A stretch of DNA of 64,000 nt, from the IMG/VR virus record IMGVR_UViG_3300037755_000349, positions 8,068 through 72,067 of that record; one strand, 5' to 3'. The number at the start of each line of letters is the position of its first letter. The stretch's first letter is position 1. Position numbers and translations under genes: made by a program. Source of the stretch: a virus (lineage: Duplodnaviria > Caudoviricetes). The notes below the pieces were generated by a model that saw only the letters and a list, made by a program, of their open reading frames with translations, had not been told where the DNA came from and searched no databases. Positions 1 through 6,992 of the stretch are shown here, in pieces.

Positions 1-37
1 GCTGGCTGAAAACGATGGCAATGCTCGCTACCTCAAG

Positions 38-253
38 ATGCCCAATTTCACGACCTGGGCCGAGGCCGGGCTGATCCTGGAGGCGCTTCGCGCTCTTGGG
101 TTGCGCGTAGAAGTCCACGCCAATGGCTTCGGGTCGCAAGGCCAATGGAAAGCCTCCGTCGCGCATCGGGAGAGCCTTGGGGCATTTGATGGATTCGGCA
201 CCGGCCCGCTTGCCATCAGATCCGCCGCCTTGTCGTATATCGGGAGCCTATGA
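38..253 (+). CDS. hypothetical phage protein
   Basis: 71-aa ORF; ATGA-type coupling with the next ORF at 250. Confidence 0.5.
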   Translation: MPNFTTWAEAGLILEALRALGLRVEVHANGFGSQGQWKASVAHRESLGAFDGFGTGPLAIRSAALSYIGSL

Positions 254-495
254 CGCGGGCCAGGCGCACCGGTCCGCTGCCGCGCAAGCGCCGGGCGAAG
301 CGGGATAAGTTCGACCGTCCATTCCGCTATCCGCCGCATCTACAGGTAACCGCGATGCACAACTGGGGCGATCCGCTGCTGGTGGTCGAGTGCCTGGTGT
401 GCCTGCGCTCGACCGGGCATAAGACGCAAGCCAGGCCGGCGCTCGCCAAGTTCCTGAAAGCCCACCGCCGATGTGGCGCAATAGCATTGCAATAG
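250..495 (+). CDS. hypothetical basic protein with CxxC/HxxC residues
   Basis: Coupled to the upstream ORF; ECLVC...HRRC. Confidence 0.45.
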   Translation: MTRARRTGPLPRKRRAKRDKFDRPFRYPPHLQVTAMHNWGDPLLVVECLVCLRSTGHKTQARPALAKFLKAHRRCGAIALQ

Positions 496-553
496 CCGAG
501 CAACACCGAGCACAATACGGCGCCATGCAGTACCAGCCGAAGCCGCGTTACCG

Positions 554-844
554 TTGGAGCGAGAAGCGACGCCGGTGGATGCTCGTTGCCATCGGGCGAA
601 CCGGTTCCATTGGTGGCTGGCATTATGGACGCTCCTTGAGCGCTATAAAGAGCAAACAGAAGTGATCACCAATGAAACGAAGCAGCTTCGCGAAGCGATC
701 CGGCAAGGCGCCTACCCGTATCCGCAAGGCGAAGGCCACGGCGCGCAGTACAACCAGGCCGTCGCCCGCGTCTACGAACTCGAAAGGGCCGCCGAAGCCG
801 CCGCCGGCGACGCCGTGCCCATACAAATTCCCGCCGCACAGTGA
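554..844 (+). CDS. hypothetical protein
   Basis: 96-aa ORF in the co-oriented small-gene cluster; start uncertain. Confidence 0.4.
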   Translation: MEREATPVDARCHRANRFHWWLALWTLLERYKEQTEVITNETKQLREAIRQGAYPYPQGEGHGAQYNQAVARVYELERAAEAAAGDAVPIQIPAAQ

Positions 845-925
845 CCACATCGAGCAGCCCTGCATCCGCGAGGCTGGTCACTACGGCCCGCATCATTGCG
901 CCGGTAAGCGCAAGGGAGATCCGCA

Positions 926-1528
926 ATGAAGAAACAATCCGGGCGCGATGCCGTGCTCAAGATGCGAGACGAGTTCTTGTTGCTGGTGGCCGCGTACAAC
1001 GCAGTCGGCGAGTACAAGGATGCGCAGGGTGCGCAAGTTATGGCGATCGTGCTGAACGACTTCGAAGACAATCACGTGATCACAAACATGGAATGGCCGC
1101 CGCGTGTCACATCAGACCAGTACGGCCCGGCGATCGCAGAGCTGACCAAAGAGGAACTGAGCCCTCTTGAGGGCGCACTCCTGATCGACGACGCTGTGCG
1201 CGTCACGCAGGCTATGATCGACGTGCTCGCCGAACGCGGCCGACAGCAGGAGGTCGAGAAGTTCGACGCGCATCACGACGACCAGCACGTTGACGGCGAG
1301 CTGGCCGCGGCGGCAGGTATCTATGCCCTGCACAACAGTGGCGGCCTGGGGGTGCGTGATTACATTCCCGAGGAGGGCGAACCCCTGCCATCCGAAGACG
1401 CAGTGCCAAGAGGCTGGCCCTTCGCGCCGGATTGCTGGAAGCCGAAGGACGCGCGCGCCGATTACGTGCGCGCTGCCGCGCTGCTCATCGCCGAGATCGA
1501 GCGCATCGACCGGAGCGAGGGGCGATGA
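926..1528 (+). CDS. conserved phage hypothetical protein
   Basis: GGAG RBS; C-terminal DDQH..GELAAAA...WP....WKPK..R.D.VRAAAL..AEIERIDR segment that I recognise as recurrent in phage accessory proteins. Confidence 0.7.
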   Translation: MKKQSGRDAVLKMRDEFLLLVAAYNAVGEYKDAQGAQVMAIVLNDFEDNHVITNMEWPPRVTSDQYGPAIAELTKEELSPLEGALLIDDAVRVTQAMIDVLAERGRQQEVEKFDAHHDDQHVDGELAAAAGIYALHNSGGLGVRDYIPEEGEPLPSEDAVPRGWPFAPDCWKPKDARADYVRAAALLIAEIERIDRSEGR

Positions 1529-1884
1529 CACACGATGAAATCGTCGTCCACCTGGTTGCCGGCATGCTGGCCAGCAAGCCATTTAACCGCCAGGCCGAGG
1601 TCGACCAGGTCTCCGACATCGCCGCCATGCACGCGATCGCCAACAAGCACGCGGTGGCGATCCTGGAGCAACGGCGCCGCGAGAGTGAAGCGGAGGAACA
1701 AGCGGAGGCTGAGTATTACCAGAGCTGGCGCAAGGCCGTGCTCGACTGGGAGAAAGAGGCCGACGAGTTGCTACGCCTCGCCGGCCCACTCGCCATCGAG
1801 GTGCGCGAGGGTGGCGCGAGCTTGAGCAAGCGCGCCTCGGTCGCGGCTACATTCTTGAACCTGCTGCATCGGGTGAAGCCATGA
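1525..1884 (+). CDS. hypothetical protein
   Basis: ATGA overlap with the previous stop (MTHDEIVV...). Confidence 0.6.
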   Translation: MTHDEIVVHLVAGMLASKPFNRQAEVDQVSDIAAMHAIANKHAVAILEQRRRESEAEEQAEAEYYQSWRKAVLDWEKEADELLRLAGPLAIEVREGGASLSKRASVAATFLNLLHRVKP

Positions 1885-2132
1885 TCGGCATCTACGCGCC
1901 AGGCTTCGGATGGGTGCATTCGTATGAGGACACGGCGTGTGGCCGCGGCAGCGTGCTGTTCACTCTGAAGCCGGCAGCGGCGAAATCATTCCCTGGCCCC
2001 AGCGAAGCGCTTGAATTCTGGCGCACGCAGAGCAAGACCGTGCCGATGCGACCGGACGGCAAGCCGAACCGCCCGCTCACCGCATATACGGTTGAGATCC
2101 TGCCACTCACTCAGGAGCCAACACTGCCATGA
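1881..2132 (+). CDS. conserved phage hypothetical protein
   Basis: Coupled ORF; RPDGKPNRPLTAYTVEI motif recurrent in phages. Confidence 0.65.
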   Translation: MIGIYAPGFGWVHSYEDTACGRGSVLFTLKPAAAKSFPGPSEALEFWRTQSKTVPMRPDGKPNRPLTAYTVEILPLTQEPTLP

Positions 2133-2401
2133 GCGGCGACATGGGCGACGACTTCAAAGCCATGCGCGAGATGCAGCAGGAAAAGCGCGCGCGCAATCGA
2201 GAATCCAGCACGACGATCCTTCGCGATTGCGGCGTCGTGTTCAGCTCTTACAACAACGGCGTGCACCTGGTCGTCACGCACAACCAGGTGCAGGTGGATT
2301 TCTGGCCGAGCACCGGCAAGTGGATCGTGCGCGATGCACGCAAGACCGAAGGCCGCGGGGTCTACAACCTGATCAAGCAGCTCGGGGTGCGAAAGTCATG
2401 A
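2129..2401 (+). CDS. conserved phage hypothetical protein
   Basis: GGAG RBS, coupled; NNGVHLVV...DFWPSTGKW motif. Confidence 0.7.
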   Translation: MSGDMGDDFKAMREMQQEKRARNRESSTTILRDCGVVFSSYNNGVHLVVTHNQVQVDFWPSTGKWIVRDARKTEGRGVYNLIKQLGVRKS

Positions 2402-2637
2402 TCAGCCGAGAACTGAAGGCGTTACTCATCCTCGCCTTCATGACGGAGACGATGGAGGCGGCAAAGCACATCCGCCATCGGCATCGCTGCGAGTGTGGTC
2501 ACTCGTGGGAGCACACGGCAGCGGAGGCGAAGAACACCCCTGGCGCGCACACTTGCATCTGCGGGCGCCGCGTCACGAAGCCTGAATATGATTTCCTACA
2601 ACAACAAGGGGAGCAACATGGTGGCACCAGTACCTGA
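2398..2637 (+). CDS. small Cys/His-rich (Zn-binding) protein
   Basis: ATGA overlap; CECGHSW...CICG. Confidence 0.5.
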   Translation: MISRELKALLILAFMTETMEAAKHIRHRHRCECGHSWEHTAAEAKNTPGAHTCICGRRVTKPEYDFLQQQGEQHGGTST

Positions 2638-3034
2638 CATTGAGTGGACCGACGACGAACTGCGCGCCGCAGCGGCCTGGTTGCATCAGCGCATGAACGA
2701 GGGTGCGGCAGGAGATCAGTTTGCTCGATGTGAGGCGAAGCACGCCGGCATTGCATTCGTCGAGCTGCGCCAGGCGATGCAGGACAAGCCGCGGCCACGC
2801 AAGGCGCAATGGTATTACCTGGGCATGATGGTGGTGTTCCTGCTCCTGGCCGAGCTGCATGCCGGCCCGCCGGCGGAAAATGGTTGGAGCACCTATGGCC
2901 CTTTAAGCAAGCTGCTCATCTTTTTGGCCGCGCTGAATCTGGCATCTGCGTGGAGCGCGCTACGCGAATATATGCGGTGGGCCGATCGCCAGTACAATCT
3001 GAAGCGCCGCATCGAGATCGAGGCCAAGACGTGA
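2618..3034 (+). CDS. putative membrane protein (2 TM)
   Basis: GGGAG RBS; two hydrophobic stretches (YYLGMMVVFLLLA; LLIFLAALNLASAW). Confidence 0.6.
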   Translation: MVAPVPDIEWTDDELRAAAAWLHQRMNEGAAGDQFARCEAKHAGIAFVELRQAMQDKPRPRKAQWYYLGMMVVFLLLAELHAGPPAENGWSTYGPLSKLLIFLAALNLASAWSALREYMRWADRQYNLKRRIEIEAKT

Positions 3035-3140
3035 AGATCATGAGCATGCTGGCCCTGGCGATCGCGCTGTCAGGCTGCATCGTCGTTCGGTATAAGGACG
3101 GCTCGCGTCCAAGCAAACCCACGATCGAGGAGAGGGAAGT

Positions 3141-3713
3141 ATGTTCTGCCGAGTCAATCTCTATGCGCGCGGCGCACCTGGTGAACGCCTGGCGCTAGTG
3201 CAGGCTGTAACGATGCCGATCTGGCACACGCGTCCCGACGTGATCGTATGGGGCGCGCGCTCGTTCATGTGGAACAAGACCACCGAACGCTACATCGAGG
3301 CGTTCTCGGCCGCGGCGATCTGCGACAGCTTGGGCCGTTCGCTCCTGGACCTGCCCGCGGCCATGCTCGGCGGTGGCACATTCTCGAACCAGGTGAGCGA
3401 GGGTGGCGATGGGCTTACGATCGAAAAGATCAATGCGGTGATCGACGAATATTTGGGAGGCGACTTTGAAAAATCTAACAGTCAATCAGATCGACAAGCA
3501 TTTAGAGTTTCTCCAGAACGAGGCGAAGCGCCTTACGTCGATGGGCCAGCGATGGGCCGACATTCGAGCAGAGCACTACACTCCGATCATCGAGATACTG
3601 CGCCAGATTCGGCAGGACAAGCAGATGCGTGGCCTGAACGATGCGCCGATCGTGGAGTATCCGCCGATCAAGAGCGCGGCCCACGCCGGTTCCGCTGGTG
3701 GGACTGGTTCTAG
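3141..3713 (+). CDS. hypothetical protein
   Basis: GGGAAG upstream; the 3' part overlaps the next ORF, so the true end is uncertain. Confidence 0.4.
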   Translation: MFCRVNLYARGAPGERLALVQAVTMPIWHTRPDVIVWGARSFMWNKTTERYIEAFSAAAICDSLGRSLLDLPAAMLGGGTFSNQVSEGGDGLTIEKINAVIDEYLGGDFEKSNSQSDRQAFRVSPERGEAPYVDGPAMGRHSSRALHSDHRDTAPDSAGQADAWPERCADRGVSADQERGPRRFRWWDWF

Positions 3714-3864
3714 CGCGCGCCCCGACCAGGCCGCGCTCGATGCGGCGCCGGAGCTGGTGGGCAAGAAAGCGCTGGTGCTCTACTTCGAGACTCAGCAGGA
3801 CGTGGAGGATTTCATCGACCTGTACCAGCAGGTGCATCCGAAAGTGCGGACGGTGCAGCTATGA
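3466..3864 (+). CDS. hypothetical protein
   Basis: GGAGG RBS, TTG start; coupled to 3861. Confidence 0.6.
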   Translation: MKNLTVNQIDKHLEFLQNEAKRLTSMGQRWADIRAEHYTPIIEILRQIRQDKQMRGLNDAPIVEYPPIKSAAHAGSAGGTGSSARPDQAALDAAPELVGKKALVLYFETQQDVEDFIDLYQQVHPKVRTVQL

Positions 3865-4046
3865 ACGCGTGTACCTGTGGCCACGCTCCCGAGGAGCATG
3901 GCGGCGATCCAAAGCACCCCGGCTCGACCGCGTGCCAAATAGAAGGATGCGATTGCATCGCTTACGATGAGGAAGAGGGCGACGGATGGGAGGATGAGCA
4001 AGCCACACACGGCTACGGCGATGACGAGTTCCCGTTCGGCCCATAG
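3861..4046 (+). CDS. small acidic protein ending DDEFPFGP
   Basis: Coupled ORF; CTCGH...C...C.C followed by an acidic tail. Confidence 0.6.
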   Translation: MNACTCGHAPEEHGGDPKHPGSTACQIEGCDCIAYDEEEGDGWEDEQATHGYGDDEFPFGP

Positions 4047-4269
4047 GTTATGCACATCAACAACCAGGAGCGAACGTTAGGGCGACGGTGCAGCTATGAG
4101 CCGTCATCAGAGGTGAGCGATGAATGGTAACGAGACAATTGTGGACGGGCTGTTCGCCATAGCGGCGTCACTTGATGGTGTGGCGAGGGCTATTAGCAAG
4201 CTCGGGCTTGCGGAAGCATCAACGCCGATGGGCGACTCTGCAAATTTCTGAGGTCGTCAAGCACGACAC

Positions 4270-4542
4270 ATGAACACCGAAGACTTCAAAGCCAGCTACC
4301 TGGAGCGCCTTATCAAGCGACTGGTCGACGACGGCGGCCAGCCCACGCCCGAGGCCGAGAGCATCGCGACCGAGCTGTACAGCCACTGCCCGCGCTTCGA
4401 CATGGCGGAGGAGTACCAGCAAGATCCCGAGGCCGCGGCCGACGTTGCGTATGAGGACTGGGAGGAGGCCGACGATTTGGACGAGGATGACGAGTGGGCC
4501 GGCGACGAGGATCAGGAGGAGAACGAGTTTCCGTTCGGATAA
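4270..4542 (+). CDS. highly acidic protein ending EENEFPFG
   Basis: 90-aa ORF with a D/E-rich C-terminal half. Confidence 0.6.
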   Translation: MNTEDFKASYLERLIKRLVDDGGQPTPEAESIATELYSHCPRFDMAEEYQQDPEAAADVAYEDWEEADDLDEDDEWAGDEDQEENEFPFG

Positions 4543-4706
4543 CACGATGCACATCGGTGAAATGGTGATATTTGGCGCGATTGCCCTGGGCCTGAGCATT
4601 GCAGCCAGTCAGGCGCGATCGCAATTCGTTGCCGGTGTACTTATCGCCTACGCTACTATTGCGGCCACGTTGCTATTCATTGCGGCGGCAAGCGGGAGGA
4701 ACTGAG

Positions 4707-5003
4707 ATGGTTCAGCGCGAGGTCGTGTTCATCGATCGATATCGCTTGTGGAGGCTTAATGAATTGGCCGCGATCGCTTCGATCATCGACGCACGTGCTC
4801 GCTACCTCGGCGATCTCTTGGGGCCACGATCGCAGCCGTTCGATGAGTTTTTCATACACAGATCGTCGCGGGAATTAATCGGTATCGACTTCCTTGTGGA
4901 GAGCCAGACGTGCGTACTCGTGCCGGAAGGCGCGGTTTACCAGATCACCGACTTGGAAGATTTCATACAGCGTTCACGCTCGATTGCGACGAGAAGCGCA
5001 TGA
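4707..5003 (+). CDS. hypothetical protein
   Basis: GGAGG RBS before ATG 4707; coupled to 5000. Confidence 0.55.
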   Translation: MVQREVVFIDRYRLWRLNELAAIASIIDARARYLGDLLGPRSQPFDEFFIHRSSRELIGIDFLVESQTCVLVPEGAVYQITDLEDFIQRSRSIATRSA

Positions 5004-5272
5004 ACCGCCGTCAATTCCTTGCCGGCCTGGGCGCCGGCCTCGCCACGATCGCGATCACGACCAGGCTCGCCACCACGGAGCTGCTGCCGAAGAACATCAC
5101 TGCGCGGTGGGATCTCGAACGCGATACAGCCACCATCGAGATAAGCGGGACCGATCAGTATGGCAACCGGATCGAGGAGACTATTCGGGTATCGTCTGAG
5201 CAAGTGGAAAATGGCGGCGAGATCCGGATGAAGCGTTTCAAGATGATCGACACCGTGGTGGCTGGCGCATGA
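5000..5272 (+). CDS. small protein with twin-arginine (Tat)-like signal
   Basis: MNRRQFLAGLGAGLATIAITT; ATGA coupling on both sides. Confidence 0.6.
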   Translation: MNRRQFLAGLGAGLATIAITTRLATTELLPKNITARWDLERDTATIEISGTDQYGNRIEETIRVSSEQVENGGEIRMKRFKMIDTVVAGA

Positions 5273-5598
5273 ACCGTCGAGGATTCCTCGCTGCCGCCGT
5301 CTCGGCCGCGCTGGCGCCGAAGGCCCTGATCCAGCCAGGCGTGCAGGTCTTCGAGACCGTGGCCATGGCGCCGGCGATCGCTGGTGACTTCGAGATTAGT
5401 TCGCTGCGTTACGCGGCGACGGAGCGATACAGCAATGCATTGATTGCCCCGAGTGTTTTCCGCGATCAGCTCCTCGATGGGCTCAACGAAGTATTTAGAA
5501 AGGCGCATGCCGAGCACGAACCAGGTGAGTGGGAAAAGCTGTTCGCGATCGAGGCGGATCAGGAGCCGCCAACAGAGTGGGCGAAGTTATCAACATAG
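5269..5598 (+). CDS. Tat-like-signal protein carrying a copy of the major capsid N-terminal segment
   Basis: MNRRGFLAAAVSAALA; FRDQLLDGLNEVF...H.P.EW..LF.IE resembles MCP residues 7-37. Confidence 0.65.
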   Translation: MNRRGFLAAAVSAALAPKALIQPGVQVFETVAMAPAIAGDFEISSLRYAATERYSNALIAPSVFRDQLLDGLNEVFRKAHAEHEPGEWEKLFAIEADQEPPTEWAKLST

Positions 5599-5606
5599 GG
5601 GTGCGT

Positions 5607-6029
5607 ATGAAGTTCGATCCTCAGTCCTTTCGTGAGCGAGTGGATGCGCTCTTCGATCACGCCGACAACGGCATGCCGAGCGCGTACTTCGAGATCCCCG
5701 ACACGGCGAACGACTGGCAACCGATGCGCGTGCACTATCACGTCATTGCGTTCGCGGCCGAGAGCGCGGACATCGCGGCAGCTCGCGTGTTCCAGGAAGT
5801 GCAGAAGCTGCGCGCCACCGTGCCCGGCCTGGCCTGGCTCTTCTGGCGCAACGATCCGCGCATGACTTCCGAGTTCGACACGAGCACCGAGGGGATGGCC
5901 GAGGCGCAGATCGAGGACATGGAGCCGTGCTGGTTCAGGGTGAGAGTGCGCATTGCCGTGCCGAGAGGCGACTGGACGCAGGTCGAGCACGACCAGACGG
6001 AAGCGACGCGCATCCTGCTGACGGACTGA
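5607..6029 (+). CDS. hypothetical protein
   Basis: AGGGG RBS; coupled to 6029. Confidence 0.6.
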   Translation: MKFDPQSFRERVDALFDHADNGMPSAYFEIPDTANDWQPMRVHYHVIAFAAESADIAAARVFQEVQKLRATVPGLAWLFWRNDPRMTSEFDTSTEGMAEAQIEDMEPCWFRVRVRIAVPRGDWTQVEHDQTEATRILLTD

Positions 6030-6331
6030 TGTTCGCGTCGATCATCAGAGAGCGGCTCCTCGCCGGACTCAATGACGTTTTTGGCATGCAGTACAAGGCA
6101 ACCGAGCGATATCAATTCGGATGGCATAGGGACGCGTGGGCTGGTGCGCTGCCAGTACCGACCTGGGAGCATTGTCTGCTCTGCCATCGAGAGACCCCGC
6201 ATCTCGGCCATTGTGTCTATACAGCTTGGCATCCAAGCGGCAATGGCATCGCCGATCGCATGGAGGCTTACGGGCTCGACATCACGAATCCCGAGCATGT
6301 GCGCGAGTTCTCGGACGCGATGAAAAACTGA
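6029..6331 (+). CDS. hypothetical protein with MCP-like N-terminus
   Basis: TGATG overlap; RERLLAGLNDVFGMQYK. Confidence 0.55.
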   Translation: MFASIIRERLLAGLNDVFGMQYKATERYQFGWHRDAWAGALPVPTWEHCLLCHRETPHLGHCVYTAWHPSGNGIADRMEAYGLDITNPEHVREFSDAMKN

Positions 6332-6333
6332 GG

Positions 6334-6834
6334 ATGCATGTGATGGACTTGGCCGATGTGATGCACGTGTACACCGGTTCGAACGGCACGGCCACGCGTG
6401 ACATGTATCAGAAGCTCCTCGGCTACGGCCCTCGCGGCGTGATCGCAATCAACCTGTTCCGCGCGCAGAAGTGCAGCGAGCGCGCCAAGGTGTACCGAGG
6501 AGGCGGCTATCGCAGCAGTGCCTACGAACGTAAGCAATGGTCGATGAACAACCTGGTGGACGTGCTTGTCGTGCACGCGGCCGACTGCGGCATCATGTGG
6601 GGGTGGGGCACCGACGAGAAACAGGACTTCCACAAGGTCGTGCTGTACCTGGACCTACCCACCGGCCAGGTGAGTTTCCACGCCGCTGTCCGCGGACAAG
6701 GTCCGGACTACCCCGGACAATGGGACGGCCAGGCCGGCGCCTCCCCTGGCCGGATCTGTCGCTACGTGGCCGACGTATTCGCTACCATACCGATCGAGGA
6801 CGGGCGGGGCCTGGAACTACCCTTAGCCGAATAG
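6334..6834 (+). CDS. conserved phage hypothetical protein
   Basis: MHVMDLADV...VLYLDLPTGQVSFH...YPGQWDG; follows the previous stop directly. Confidence 0.65.
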   Translation: MHVMDLADVMHVYTGSNGTATRDMYQKLLGYGPRGVIAINLFRAQKCSERAKVYRGGGYRSSAYERKQWSMNNLVDVLVVHAADCGIMWGWGTDEKQDFHKVVLYLDLPTGQVSFHAAVRGQGPDYPGQWDGQAGASPGRICRYVADVFATIPIEDGRGLELPLAE

Positions 6835-6992
6835 GCCAAGCAGGCGCCGTCCCTGCGGCGTGCCAGTGCTGCTACTAGCGTCACTCGGGGCCAAGTGTCG
6901 CCCGTCCATCCTCAAGGCGCTAAGATCCGCCCGTCCCGGCCCCCTGCGTTCAGGCGCCCGGCATCCAGCCGCCGCGATCGCCAGAGGGGTCC

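Noticed and set aside
3466-3713. Overlap of ORFs 3141 and 3466
   Set aside because: The distal part of ORF 3141 looks like incidental open frame; dual coding cannot be supported.
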